Assembly (NCBI GenBank): GCA_963722655.1
Contig: CAVRNT010000002.1
Location: 7,461 to 71,460, forward strand
DNA length: 64,000 nucleotides
Origin: an uncultured bacterium
GTDB lineage: Bacteria > Patescibacteriota > Minisyncoccia > UBA6257 > GWB1-50-10
Direction of reading: 5' to 3'
Numbering within the stretch: position 1 is the stretch's first letter; the number at the start of each line of letters is the position of its first letter. Below are positions 1-9,474 of this stretch, one piece after another. Both the position numbers and the translations under genes were made by a program. The notes beneath the pieces were generated by a model. The model saw only the letters and a list, made by a program, of their open reading frames with translations. It ran no database searches and was not told the origin of the DNA.

Positions 1-2
1 GG

Positions 3-245
3 GCCATTGAACCGATCGATAGAAAGTTCAGGCAATTTCTTATTGATGCTCTCCCGCGAAGCACACTTCGGAGTGTCTTGGATGAAAATCGGAAGAAGCA
101 CACCGTTTTGAGCTGCCATTACTGGCAAGAAGTGTTCCTACTCAAAGAAGAGGCTATAAAGGCCGGCATAGACGACGTTCCGGCGAAGGTCAGGATTTTC
201 TCCATGTGGGATGGTATCATCCGCACAGAACTTTTAATGGGATAG
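3..245 (+). CDS. 3' part of a hypothetical protein (runs off the window start); likely distant paralog of 2793..3110
   Basis: Frame 3 is open (AIEPIDRKF...RTELLMG) to TAG at 243-245, then a terminator. Confidence 0.6.
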   Translation, partial: AIEPIDRKFRQFLIDALPRSTLRSVLDENRKKHTVLSCHYWQEVFLLKEEAIKAGIDDVPAKVRIFSMWDGIIRTELLMG

Positions 246-251
246 ACATTT

Positions 252-275
252 AGGAGGGCTCGGCCCTCCTTTTTC
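252..275 (+). terminator. Intrinsic terminator
   Basis: AGGAGGGC-TCG-GCCCTCCT followed by a T-tract. Confidence 0.8.
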
Positions 276-296
276 TAATTTGCTAAGATATTAGGG

Positions 297-755
297 ATGT
301 TCAAGCAAACTTTGTACGTCATCGCGCTGGTAATCGTTCTCGCCGTCGTCAGTGCCCTCGGCTACGCCGTTTTGAAGAGCTTGAAGGCCCTGCCGGCGCA
401 AATCCAGCAAACAGCTTCTTCCTCCATCTATGATACGAGCGAGCTTCAAGTCCAAAGCCCTCTCCCGAATGCCGTCGTCCAGAGCCCGCTCACCGTCTCC
501 GGCGAAGCGGTGGGGGGCTGGTACTTCGAGGCTGTTTTCCCTGTGAGATTGACCGACGCGAACGGGAACGTCATTGCGACCGGTCAAGCTCGCGCGATGG
601 GTGACTGGACGACCACGAGCTCCGTGCCCTTCACGGCCACCATTGACTTCCAGACCGCGGCGACGCCGACCGGATTCTTGATCCTGCAGAACGATAACCC
701 CTCCGGCAACCCCGCGACCCTGAAAGAGGTGAAAATCCCGGTTCGGTTCAGGTAA
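297..755 (+). CDS. Membrane-anchored Gmad2-type Ig-like domain protein
   Basis: N-terminal TM; V.SP.PNA.V.SPL.V.GEA.G.WYFEA.FPV and L..DNPSG motifs. Confidence 0.8.
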   Translation: MFKQTLYVIALVIVLAVVSALGYAVLKSLKALPAQIQQTASSSIYDTSELQVQSPLPNAVVQSPLTVSGEAVGGWYFEAVFPVRLTDANGNVIATGQARAMGDWTTTSSVPFTATIDFQTAATPTGFLILQNDNPSGNPATLKEVKIPVRFR

Positions 756-772
756 TTTGGTATAATTGAAGT

Positions 773-1018
773 ATGGAAAAACTAAACGTTAGGAAGTTCG
801 CGGTCGCCTTGGGTTTCTCTTGGGCGATCGGCACGCTCGTCCTCGGGTGGGCGGCGATGAGCGGTTGGGGCGTTTCGATGGTGGATGCGCTCTCCTCGAT
901 CTACGTCGGTTACGGGCCGACCTTCTTGGGCGCCATCATCGGGGCCATCTGGGCCTTCTTCGACGGGGCGATTGGCGGGGCCATCATCGCCTGGATCTAC
1001 AACATTGCGAAGAAGTAG
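773..1018 (+). CDS. Small two-TM membrane protein (holin-like family annotation possible)
   Basis: 81 aa hydrophobic, GAIIGAIWAFFDG; TGGTATAAT just upstream. Confidence 0.7.
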   Translation: MEKLNVRKFAVALGFSWAIGTLVLGWAAMSGWGVSMVDALSSIYVGYGPTFLGAIIGAIWAFFDGAIGGAIIAWIYNIAKK

Positions 1019-1026
1019 TACTTGGG

Positions 1027-1060
1027 AAAAAGAATTCCTCGGTTCGGGGAATTCTTTTTT
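1027..1060 (+). terminator. Intrinsic terminator
   Basis: AAAAAGAATTCCTC...GGGGAATTCTTTTTT. Confidence 0.75.
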
Positions 1061-1122
1061 GTTTGAGATTAGCGTATTTATAGTGGGAATTGCTTTTCAT
1101 TTTATGATAGAATAGGAAGCTC

Positions 1123-1932
1123 ATGGATACGCCCAAAGACGACATCATAAAAGTTGCCGGCCTCACCAAGAAATTCGGCGACTTCACGGCCGTTGACGAC
1201 ATCTCCTTCGACGTGAAGCAAGGGGAGATCTTCGCCTTTCTCGGGCCGAACGGCGCGGGCAAGTCCACGACCATCAAGATGCTCACGACGGTCCTCCGGC
1301 CCACGAGCGGCGCGATGTCCTTGAACGGCCACGACCCGACGCGCGATTCGCTCGGCGCCCGCAAATCCTTCGGTATCGTCTTTCAGGACCCGAGCTTGGA
1401 CGATGAGCTCACGGCCTACGAGAACATCGAGATCCACGGTGTGCTCTACGGCGTCCCGAAGGAAGTGGGCCGCGCGCGGGCGGAACAGCTCTTGAAGTTC
1501 GTCGAGCTCTGGGACCGGCGCAACGACCTGGTCAAAGGTTTTTCGGGCGGGATGAAGCGGCGGCTCGAGATTGCCCGGGGTCTTTTGCACCATCCGAAGA
1601 TACTTTTCCTCGACGAGCCGACCCAAGGTTTGGACCCGCAGACCCGCAACCACATCTGGCAGTACATCCAGAATTTGAACAAAGAGGAGGGGGTCACAAT
1701 ATTCTTCACGACCCATTACATGGAGGAGGCGGACAAGGTGGCCCAAAGGGTGGCGGTCATCGATCACGGAAAGATTGTCGACGGCGGCACGCCGGAAGCG
1801 TTGAAAAAGAAGACCAACACTGCGTCGCTCGAGGATGCCTTCCTCTCCTTGACTGGCCATGGCCTTCGCGAAGACGCCGCGACCGGCGCCGATCATATGC
1901 GGGCCGGCGCCCGCGTTTGGAACCGTCACTAA
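1123..1932 (+). CDS. ABC-2 exporter ATP-binding subunit (DrrA-like)
   Basis: Walker A GPNGAGKST, signature FSGGM, Walker B LFLDEP. Confidence 0.95.
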   Translation: MDTPKDDIIKVAGLTKKFGDFTAVDDISFDVKQGEIFAFLGPNGAGKSTTIKMLTTVLRPTSGAMSLNGHDPTRDSLGARKSFGIVFQDPSLDDELTAYENIEIHGVLYGVPKEVGRARAEQLLKFVELWDRRNDLVKGFSGGMKRRLEIARGLLHHPKILFLDEPTQGLDPQTRNHIWQYIQNLNKEEGVTIFFTTHYMEEADKVAQRVAVIDHGKIVDGGTPEALKKKTNTASLEDAFLSLTGHGLREDAATGADHMRAGARVWNRH

Positions 1933-1939
1933 AGATAAA

Positions 1940-2692
1940 ATGCAGGCTATCTACATCATTTGGCTCAGGCAACTCAAGCGCTACGTGCGCTCCAAGTCGC
2001 GCATCGTGGGCTCCCTGGGCCAGCCGCTCCTTTTCCTCGTCGCCCTCGGTTTCGGCCTGGGTCCGATCTTCCAAAAGGCCGGCGGAGGTAATTACCTCGA
2101 CTTCCTCGCGCCGGGCATCATCGCGATGGGCATCCTTTTCACGGCGCTCTTTTCGGGCATCGAGATCATTTGGGACCGGCAGTTCGGCTTCCTCAAGGAG
2201 ATGATGGTGGCGCCCGTCTCGCGGCTCCAGATAATGGTCGGGCGGACGCTCGGCGGCGCGACGGTCGCCATCATCCAAGGGATCGTCGTTTTCATCCTCG
2301 CCTTCCTCGTCGGCTTCCGGCCGGAATATCTCACCGTCGGTACCTTCCTCCTTGCCCTCGTTTTTATGTTCCTCATCGCCGTGCTCTTCACCGCGCTCGG
2401 AACGGCCATCGCCTCGCCTTTGGACGATATGCAGGGTTTCCAGCTCATAATGAACTTCGTCGTAATGCCCCTTTTCTTCCTTTCGGGCGCGCTCTTCCCG
2501 CTTGCGGGGCTGCCGAGCGGCATCGCCCTCGTCGTAAAGATCGACCCGCTCTCCTACGGCGTGGACGGCCTGCGTCACGCCTTGACGGGCGTCGCTCAGT
2601 TCGGCTTCGGCACCGATCTTGCCGTCCTCGCCCTCATCACCGCCGCCCTCCTCGGCATCGGCACCTACTTGTTCTCCAAGATCCAGATTTAA
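1940..2692 (+). CDS. ABC-2 exporter permease (DrrB-like)
   Basis: Six TM segments, LSGALFP and PLSY motifs; ATG at 1940 chosen over the longer ORF. Confidence 0.92.
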   Translation: MQAIYIIWLRQLKRYVRSKSRIVGSLGQPLLFLVALGFGLGPIFQKAGGGNYLDFLAPGIIAMGILFTALFSGIEIIWDRQFGFLKEMMVAPVSRLQIMVGRTLGGATVAIIQGIVVFILAFLVGFRPEYLTVGTFLLALVFMFLIAVLFTALGTAIASPLDDMQGFQLIMNFVVMPLFFLSGALFPLAGLPSGIALVVKIDPLSYGVDGLRHALTGVAQFGFGTDLAVLALITAALLGIGTYLFSKIQI

Positions 2693-2792
2693 ATTCGAGC
2701 TTGATCTTGGTGATTGCTAAAAATCCACAGCAGTGGTAATTTTATTGCACCGTTATTCGTCAATTTAAGAATTAGATAGAAAGGAGCCGGTC

Positions 2793-3110
2793 ATGCTGAA
2801 GATCAAATCTAAGAGGGGAAAGGCACTTCCCCGCAACAAGCAGGTTGAATGGTTTTTAGCGCCAACGAGCGCCTTCGCGAATTTTGCCCTGGCGGAATTG
2901 AACCCCGGAGGGAACGCGGCGATCATAACCGTCGATAAGGGGCACGATAAGAGGGAGAAGCGCCATGTTTGGCTGTGCCAAGGCCTTTTCGAAGTGACGC
3001 GCCTGGTCGAAATGGTCCGTTCGGGCCATCCGGAGATCAAGTTCGAGGTTTTCCGGCGCAATCCCGATATTTCCCGCATCGCCCGGAAGGACTTTTCCAT
3101 CAACGCTTAG
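2793..3110 (+). CDS. Hypothetical protein (orphan, SD-led, monocistronic)
   Basis: AAGGAG SD, own promoter-like sequence, terminator at 3126-3155. Confidence 0.7.
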   Translation: MLKIKSKRGKALPRNKQVEWFLAPTSAFANFALAELNPGGNAAIITVDKGHDKREKRHVWLCQGLFEVTRLVEMVRSGHPEIKFEVFRRNPDISRIARKDFSINA

Positions 3111-3125
3111 TTAAGTTATCTCATA

Positions 3126-3155
3126 AAGGTAGGGGATTCGATCTCCTACCTTTTT
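3126..3155 (+). terminator. Intrinsic terminator
   Basis: AAAGGTAGGGGAT-TCG-ATCTCCTACCTTTTT. Confidence 0.8.
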
Positions 3156-3190
3156 GCTTTCCGACCGTCGCCGGATTAAACTGGTGAACG

Positions 3191-4903
3191 ATGGCCAAGG
3201 AAGTTGACCTGATAAAGGAAAAATTGAATTTGGTTGATTTTCTGCGGTCCTACGTCACCCTCCTCCCCGCCGGCAAGAACTTGAAGGCGCTTTGCCCCTT
3301 CCATTCGGAAAAGACAGCGTCCTTTATGGTTTCGCCGGAACGGGGCGTTTGGCACTGCTTCGGCTGCGGATTGGGCGGCGACATCATCAAGTTCGCGATG
3401 CTCTACGAGCATCTGGAGTTCCCCGAGGCCCTGCGTTTCTTGGGCGAGAGGGCCGGCATTCCCATCCAGACTTTGAGCCCGGCCCAGCAGCGTGAGTTCG
3501 GCATCCTTTACGACCTCCAGAACGTCGCCAAGGATTTCTACAAGGAGGCTCTGCAAAAAAATCCGGGCGCCCTCCAGTACCTCAAAGCGCGGGGCCTCTC
3601 GGACGAAACGATCGATGAGTTTGATCTCGGTTACGCGGCGGGCGGCGAGACCCTCGTCCTCCATCTCTTGCATGAAGGATTCGATGTCTCGGACGTCGTC
3701 CGGGCTGGACTCGCCCAGAAGAACGTCCGCGGCCTCTACCGCGATAAGTTTTCCGGCCGAGTGATCTTCCCGATCGCGAACCAGGTGGGGAAGACCGTGG
3801 GCTTCACCGGCCGGCTATTGCCCGACGACCCCTCGGTCAAGAATGCCACCGTCGAGCTCCCCAAATACCTGAACTCGCCCGAGACGCCCATCTTCAATAA
3901 ATCCCGCGTCCTCTACGGTCTGGGAAAGACCAAGCAGGCGATCGCCGAGGCGCGGAGCGTCCTCATCGTCGAGGGCCAGATGGATTTTTTGATGGCCTGG
4001 CAAACGGGCGTGAAGAACATCGTCGCCGTTTCCGGCACCGGCCTCACGCCGCAGCACCTGGAACGTCTGCGGAGCCTGGCCGACACGGTTTTGGTCAGCT
4101 TCGACAACGACGAGGCGGGCCTCCGGGCGCTCGAAAGGAGTTTGGCCAATTTCCATAACTTCGATTTTCACGTGAAGGTCATCGACCTCGGTGAGTTCAA
4201 GGACCCGGCGGACGCGGTGCTCGCCGATCCGGTTTTCTTCAAACAGGCGGTTGAATGGGCGAGGCCCGCGATGAAGCACATCTTCGGCGTCTACTTTTCG
4301 CCGAAGGTCTGGAAGGAAGGGGACATCCCGCTCCAAAAGCGGATCTTACGCCACCTCTTGGGCGAGGTCGGCACCTTGAAGAGCGCCGTCGAACAGAACA
4401 TTTGGATCAAGGAGATGGCGAAGCTCTCCGGAATTTCCGAGAACGCCTTGAACGAAGAAATGGCGGAACTGGGCGGCAGTTCCGCGGGCGGCGGGGTGGA
4501 AGGCGAGACGGCCGCGGCGCCGGATTTGGACCGCCTCGGCGCGGTCGCGAAACGCCTCGTCGCCCTCGCTTTGACAAACGCGGAATTCCTCGCTAAATTA
4601 ATGGAGCATCAAGCGCTTCTCCCGGAAAATTACGTCGCCATCCTCGCCGATCCGCAAGCCGAGGGTTCGGCCTTTCTGGAGCTCCAAGGCGCTTATGAGT
4701 TCGGCGATCTGGACGAGGACAAGAAGCGCAAGGAGTTCGGCGACCTGATCCGCCGCCTGCAGTCCTTCGGTTTGAAGAAAGAATTGGCCGGCGTCAAGAA
4801 GGCGCTCAAATCACCCGAGGCGCGGGAGAACGAGGCGGAGACCGAAAAGCTCTTGAACCGTTTCTCGGACATCACGAAGAAGATGAACGACCTCAACCAA
4901 TAA
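3191..4903 (+). CDS. dnaG: DNA primase
   Basis: CHC2 zinc finger (CPFH...CFGC), [18 protein letters not shown] and FDND. Confidence 0.97.
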   Translation: MAKEVDLIKEKLNLVDFLRSYVTLLPAGKNLKALCPFHSEKTASFMVSPERGVWHCFGCGLGGDIIKFAMLYEHLEFPEALRFLGERAGIPIQTLSPAQQREFGILYDLQNVAKDFYKEALQKNPGALQYLKARGLSDETIDEFDLGYAAGGETLVLHLLHEGFDVSDVVRAGLAQKNVRGLYRDKFSGRVIFPIANQVGKTVGFTGRLLPDDPSVKNATVELPKYLNSPETPIFNKSRVLYGLGKTKQAIAEARSVLIVEGQMDFLMAWQTGVKNIVAVSGTGLTPQHLERLRSLADTVLVSFDNDEAGLRALERSLANFHNFDFHVKVIDLGEFKDPADAVLADPVFFKQAVEWARPAMKHIFGVYFSPKVWKEGDIPLQKRILRHLLGEVGTLKSAVEQNIWIKEMAKLSGISENALNEEMAELGGSSAGGGVEGETAAAPDLDRLGAVAKRLVALALTNAEFLAKLMEHQALLPENYVAILADPQAEGSAFLELQGAYEFGDLDEDKKRKEFGDLIRRLQSFGLKKELAGVKKALKSPEARENEAETEKLLNRFSDITKKMNDLNQ

Positions 4904-4904
4904 A

Positions 4905-6125
4905 ATGGCTTTCAAAAGAAAGACCAAAAAGAAGACCAAACGACCGGTCCGCCAGGCCAAGCCGAAGCAGACGGCGCACGAAAAGGCCAAGGCGGCGTCG
5001 GCCAAGAAAGCGCTCAAGAAAAGAAGGCCGGTCGTCGTTCCGGAGGAGTACGCCGGCAATCTGGACGAGCTCGTCCGCCGGGGCCGGAGCCGCGGCTTCG
5101 TGACCGACGCCGAGGTCTTGAACTATTTCCCCGAGGTGGAAAAGAACCTGGCCTATTTGGAAGAGGTTTATGAGCGATTGGAGAAGGAGGGCATCAAGAT
5201 AAAGGAAAGCAGTCCCTTGATGAAGGAGGTCAAAGAGTCCAAGTTCGAGGAGGTCTCGCTCCAAGAGCTCAAGGATGCGACGCGCATCGACCAAGAACTG
5301 CCGGACGCCGTCCAGATGTACTTGAAGGAGATCGGCCGCACGGCCCTGCTCACTTCGGCCGAAGAAAAGGACCTCGCGAAGCGCGCCGAAAAAGGGGACG
5401 AGCTGGCGCGGAAGCGCCTCATCCAGGCCAACTTGCGGCTGGTGGTCTCCATCGCCAAGCGCTACGTGAACCGCTCACCCCGCCTTAGCATCCTGGACCT
5501 CATTCAGGAGGGGAACATCGGCCTTTCGCGCGCCGTGGACAAATTCGATTACCGCAAGGGGTTCAAATTCTCCACTTACGCCACTTGGTGGATCCGCCAA
5601 GCCGTGACCCGCGCCCTCGCGGACTACTCGCGCACCATCCGCATTCCGGTCCATATGGTGGAGACCATCACGAAATACACCCAAACGAAGCGGGCGTTGA
5701 TGCAGGAACTCGGCCGCGAGCCGCTCCCCGAGGAGATCGCGACCGAAATGGGGATGGACGTCAAAAAGATCCACTACATCCAGAAGATCTCGCAGGAGGT
5801 TATCTCGCTCGAAGCACCGATTGGCGAGAGCGAGGATGATCTCACCCTTTCCGACTTCATCAAGGACGAGCAGAGTTTGAGTCCGGACCAGTTGGCCAAC
5901 CAGGCACTATTAAAGGACCAGATCCGCGAGATATTGGACGACCTCACGGAGCGCGAGAGGAGGATCCTCGCGATGCGCTTCGGCTTGGACGACAACATCC
6001 CGCACACCCTGGAAGAGGTGGGGAAGGTTTTCGGCGTCACGCGCGAACGCATCCGGCAGATCGAGGCCAAGGCCCTGGACAAGATCCGCCAGCACCATAA
6101 GGCCAAGAAACTCGAGGGTTATTAA
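4905..6125 (+). CDS. rpoD: Primary sigma-70 factor with Lys-rich N-terminus
   Basis: [41 protein letters not shown]; downstream of dnaG. Confidence 0.96.
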   Translation: MAFKRKTKKKTKRPVRQAKPKQTAHEKAKAASAKKALKKRRPVVVPEEYAGNLDELVRRGRSRGFVTDAEVLNYFPEVEKNLAYLEEVYERLEKEGIKIKESSPLMKEVKESKFEEVSLQELKDATRIDQELPDAVQMYLKEIGRTALLTSAEEKDLAKRAEKGDELARKRLIQANLRLVVSIAKRYVNRSPRLSILDLIQEGNIGLSRAVDKFDYRKGFKFSTYATWWIRQAVTRALADYSRTIRIPVHMVETITKYTQTKRALMQELGREPLPEEIATEMGMDVKKIHYIQKISQEVISLEAPIGESEDDLTLSDFIKDEQSLSPDQLANQALLKDQIREILDDLTERERRILAMRFGLDDNIPHTLEEVGKVFGVTRERIRQIEAKALDKIRQHHKAKKLEGY

Positions 6126-6129
6126 ACCA

Positions 6130-6154
6130 AAAACACCGCTCAAGGCGGTGTTTT
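6130..6154. terminator. Bidirectional terminator between convergent genes
   Basis: AAAACACCGC-TCAAG-GCGGTGTTTT. Confidence 0.8.
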
Positions 6155-6593
6155 AGTTCCGCTTAATTATCACGAGAGGGCCGGAGCGGTTCACGATATC
6201 CTGCAGATCATTCTCTTCCACGGCGCCTTCTTCGATGACGACTGGGTTTTCCTGAACGCGACGGGAGGCGGCATGAATGGTCCGGCCGTTACCGATGTAA
6301 AGGATGACGTGGCCGATGCCCTGCGGAAATTTGCGGTTATAAAATCCGCGTACGCCGTGAATGAAAAGCAGGTCTCCCGGCTGGATGTCTTTGAGATTGA
6401 CGGCAGCACCTTGCTCTGCTTGGAGGATGGTGCTCCGCGGAAATTCTACGCCGACTTCCTTGAAGATGTACTGGATGAAAGAGGAGCAATCGAAAAAATC
6501 CGGCGCCTCTTCCGGTTGCGCACCGTATTTGTACGGCTTGCCGATGAGCTGCTTTGCCAGCTCGACTATTTTATTCCTTTGGACATCCGTCAT
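6153..6593 (-). CDS. NlpC/P60 (C40) peptidase
   Basis: GKPYKYGA...FDCSSF, QPGDLLF, GHV..Y.G.G..IHA. Confidence 0.92.
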   Translation of the reverse strand: MTDVQRNKIVELAKQLIGKPYKYGAQPEEAPDFFDCSSFIQYIFKEVGVEFPRSTILQAEQGAAVNLKDIQPGDLLFIHGVRGFYNRKFPQGIGHVILYIGNGRTIHAASRRVQENPVVIEEGAVEENDLQDIVNRSGPLVIIKRN

Positions 6594-6600
6594 TAATTTG

Positions 6601-6671
6601 TCGGGCCAAGCGGAATTGAACCGCTATCATACCCACCCCAAGGGTACGTACTGCCGTTATACTATGGCCCG
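6601..6671 (-). tRNA. tRNA-Pro(GGG), no encoded CCA
   Basis: Acceptor CGGGCCA/TGGCCCG, anticodon arm TACCC-TTGGGGT-GGGTA, T-loop TTCAATT. Confidence 0.92.
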
Positions 6672-6679
6672 CCTTTGCG

Positions 6680-6713
6680 GGGCCGAAGCCTCGCTGCGGC
6701 GAGGCGAAGGCCC
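6680..6713. repeat. REP-like palindromic hairpin
   Basis: GGGCC-GAA-GCCTCGC-TGCG-GCGAGGC-GAA-GGCCC. Confidence 0.55.
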
Positions 6714-6798
6714 ATGCTTGATTAGTATCAAATATCCGGTATAAAGTAGCAAGTAGAAGGTAGCTAGCATAACGAACATTAAAAATAGAGGAGGAATT

Positions 6799-6993
6799 AT
6801 GAGCGCGTTCAATATTCCTGCGGGACGGCAAGCGCCTTGGGAGGGAAGTGATGATAATTCGGGTGTATTTCTATCACCAACAAGAGTGATGACAATGAAG
6901 AAGCCATCGTTTCCTAATGCCAAGCAACAACGCCAATCCGCCAAGGATAAAAAATTGCGAAAAGCAAAGAAACGAGAAGGAGAAGGTTGGTAG
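6799..6993 (+). CDS. Small basic hypothetical protein
   Basis: Strong GAGGAGG SD; followed by a terminator. Confidence 0.55.
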   Translation: MSAFNIPAGRQAPWEGSDDNSGVFLSPTRVMTMKKPSFPNAKQQRQSAKDKKLRKAKKREGEGW

Positions 6994-7002
6994 GAGTGTT
7001 AA

Positions 7003-7036
7003 CAAAAACGGTCCCATTCTTGGGACCGTTATTTTT
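7003..7036. terminator. Bidirectional terminator
   Basis: AACGGTCCCA-TTCT-TGGGACCGTT with A/T flanks. Confidence 0.8.
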
Positions 7037-7232
7037 ATGCTTTAGCTTTTTGTCTCGTGAGCGTCTTGAGGCACTTCACGCAGACGAGCGAGCGCTTGCT
7101 TTTAACGAGGAGCCGCGTCCACTGCAAATTTGCCCGCTTCTTGCCGAAGGTTGTCGGGTTGTAGTGGGCGCGCAGGAGTTGCCGCGTGCCACTCGAGTTG
7201 TATGATTTTCCGCATTTGGCGCACTGTCGCAT
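7035..7232 (-). CDS. rpmB: 50S ribosomal protein bL28
   Basis: MRQCAKCGK...RANLQW...VCVKCLKT zinc-type L28 pattern. Confidence 0.88.
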   Translation of the reverse strand: MRQCAKCGKSYNSSGTRQLLRAHYNPTTFGKKRANLQWTRLLVKSKRSLVCVKCLKTLTRQKAKA

Positions 7233-7424
7233 GGCAAGGTAAGAATAGGGGATTCAAAGCATCGTGTCAATCAACCAGTCGGCTTTTGACGGTCAATCTT
7301 GACTTCAATCAGGTATTATTGTACATTATTCACCGGTTTCTTTAATAAAAGCTTTGGGGCGAAAGCGCCCAAGCCGAGGAGTAATCCTCGAAATTAACGA
7401 ACAAAACAAAACAGGAGGTGTAAC

Positions 7425-8774
7425 TTGAAAAAGTTTTTCGTTTTCACGGCCTTTTTCATTTTCTTGAGTTCAACAATCGCGTCTTCGCAAACGCCGGTCA
7501 CTAGGGATTTCACGATCTCGGTGCAAAGCCGGGTCGTCCCTTCGAATTGGTGGATTTCGATCCCCATGTATATGTATGGAGATCCCGGCCGACCGATCGA
7601 AGGATTGGACGTCGTCATCAACTACCAGTTGCCGATCGAACATCAGTATGGTGAGTATATCGGGACATGGTCGTTTCCGAGTGACTGGTGGTGCACCGGC
7701 GGTTACGTCAGTCCGGCAGCGGACACCCTGAGGTTCGCCATGTTAGGCGAGCCGTTCAGCTTCAGTTCGGTATTTCTAGGATATTTCCCGGTATACGTTG
7801 GGGGTATCGCAGAGGGCCAGACGGTCCGACTGAACATTTCTGCGTACGTCGCGGAGAAGATAGCCGGGAGAGATACTCTCATCCAAGTCAGTTACAAGGG
7901 TGGCTATATTACCGGGTGTTCATCCGTGCTTGCGGGAGATGCGGACAACGATGGAGCATATTCGATCTTGGATCCTTTGCGGATTTTGGATATAGCGACC
8001 GGCCAATATGCTGCATCCATGATGGATTCGGTGCGTTGCGACGTCTCCGGTGACGGATACATTTCGTCGTACGACGCGTACGAGGTTTTGATGCGGGTTG
8101 TGTACCCATATTGGACCTTTGAGGTCCTTCAGGGTAACTACGGCGGAGCGAAAGGGAATACGGTGCCGGTACCCGGTACGGAAACGCCTATCTCGATACA
8201 ACTAACCGACGTCGAAGGCGGGGTCCAAGTATCACTTCCTGACAGCGTCAGCATAAATTGCGCTGACCTATCGTTCTCGAGCCCATTGACCATCGACAAG
8301 AACGTTTCTACGAACGGACTTTTCGCTTCGAGCGCGGATAGCAAGCGGATCAGCTTGATAGCGACAAGCGAAAAAATCAGCGGGAAGATCGGTTTCGTAT
8401 CAGGTGTAAGCGCTAAGGATTTGATAGTTACCGGAACGGTCGGCAACGGCACGAGGATAACGGTGGTGAAAAATATCGTTACATCAGTGTCGGACCACTC
8501 AACTGCGGTTAAAGACTTTTCTTTAGCCCAGAATTATCCCAATCCGTTCAATCCGACGACGATGATATCGTACAGCCTTCCAAAGGCAGGCAACGTCACG
8601 CTTAAGGTGTATGACATGCTTGGCCGGGAGGTGGCGGCACTGGTGAACGGAGTCGTCCCGGCAGGTCAGCACGAGGTTCAATTCGATGCTTCGTTCTTAC
8701 CGAGCGGCACATACCTGTATCGCTTAGAGGCAGGCAGTTTCACGAAAACACAGAAAATGCTGCTTCTGAAATAG
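7425..8774 (+). CDS. Secreted protein with dockerin repeats and a C-terminal T9SS type-A sorting (Por_Secre_tail)-like domain
   Basis: Signal peptide; GDADNDG..S.LD and DVSGDG.ISSYDA; FSLAQNYPNPFNPTT...YDMLGREV...SGTYLYRL...KMLLLK; TTG start after AGGAGGTG. Confidence 0.88.
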   Translation: MKKFFVFTAFFIFLSSTIASSQTPVTRDFTISVQSRVVPSNWWISIPMYMYGDPGRPIEGLDVVINYQLPIEHQYGEYIGTWSFPSDWWCTGGYVSPAADTLRFAMLGEPFSFSSVFLGYFPVYVGGIAEGQTVRLNISAYVAEKIAGRDTLIQVSYKGGYITGCSSVLAGDADNDGAYSILDPLRILDIATGQYAASMMDSVRCDVSGDGYISSYDAYEVLMRVVYPYWTFEVLQGNYGGAKGNTVPVPGTETPISIQLTDVEGGVQVSLPDSVSINCADLSFSSPLTIDKNVSTNGLFASSADSKRISLIATSEKISGKIGFVSGVSAKDLIVTGTVGNGTRITVVKNIVTSVSDHSTAVKDFSLAQNYPNPFNPTTMISYSLPKAGNVTLKVYDMLGREVAALVNGVVPAGQHEVQFDASFLPSGTYLYRLEAGSFTKTQKMLLLK

Positions 8775-8789
8775 TAATAAGTTCACAAA

Positions 8790-8828
8790 AAGACCCATCG
8801 GCCAAAAGTCGATGGGTCTTATATTTTT
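8790..8828. terminator. Bidirectional terminator
   Basis: AAGACCCATCGGC-CAAAA-GTCGATGGGTCTT. Confidence 0.8.
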
Positions 8829-8834
8829 CAGAAT

Positions 8835-9449
8835 TTATCCCAGCACCGTTTGCTGATAGCTTTGCGTCGAGAAGTCGAACTTGTAGTAGTTGGCCGTGGA
8901 AGGGGCGCCGACCTGGAGAATGATGGACGTCGCCCCCGGGTCCACCTTGAAGGTCGCCGTTCCGGTCGTTCCGCCCTGGGGCGGCATCGAGTTCCAATTG
9001 CCGGTCGTCGAGAGCACCGTTTCGTTGTTGCCGGAAAGGTCGACGATCTGGAGGAAGTCCGCCGGGTTTAAGGAGCTGTAGCTCGAGGCTTGGGAGGTGA
9101 AGGCCTTAAGGTTCACGGTGATCGTCCCGTCTGGGCTCTCCGTGACGCTGTTCACGGTCACCGTCACGTTCGTCTGGGGCTGGAGGGCCGGACTCGACTC
9201 TATGGTGAAGAGGATATTGGCCGGGATGGAAACGCCGCCGGTCGGCGCAGACGACGTCGGCGTTTGATTGCTCGGCGTCGAGATCGGTGTGGAAGTGGCG
9301 ATCGTCTGGCTTTGGTTCTGGCCGCTTCCGGGCGAGTTCAAGACGACCTGCTGGATGGAGTTCAGCTGGTTGAAAATGAGATAAAAACCGCCGAGAACGA
9401 TGATCGTGAGAACGATCAAAAAGACGTAAATTGCCGTAGCGTTTCTCAT
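8835..9449 (-). CDS. Membrane-anchored hypothetical protein (TM, S/T/P linker, beta-rich domain)
   Basis: N-terminal TM, GC-rich codon usage, own -10 element. Confidence 0.75.
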   Translation of the reverse strand: MRNATAIYVFLIVLTIIVLGGFYLIFNQLNSIQQVVLNSPGSGQNQSQTIATSTPISTPSNQTPTSSAPTGGVSIPANILFTIESSPALQPQTNVTVTVNSVTESPDGTITVNLKAFTSQASSYSSLNPADFLQIVDLSGNNETVLSTTGNWNSMPPQGGTTGTATFKVDPGATSIILQVGAPSTANYYKFDFSTQSYQQTVLG

Positions 9450-9474
9450 CACTCTATTATATCATTACGGGGCA

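Noticed and set aside
773-1018. Holin-like gene as evidence of a prophage
   Set aside because: No other phage genes nearby; treated as a generic membrane protein
6816-6836. PAGRQA peptide as a coding palindromic insert
   Set aside because: The underlying DNA is not palindromic
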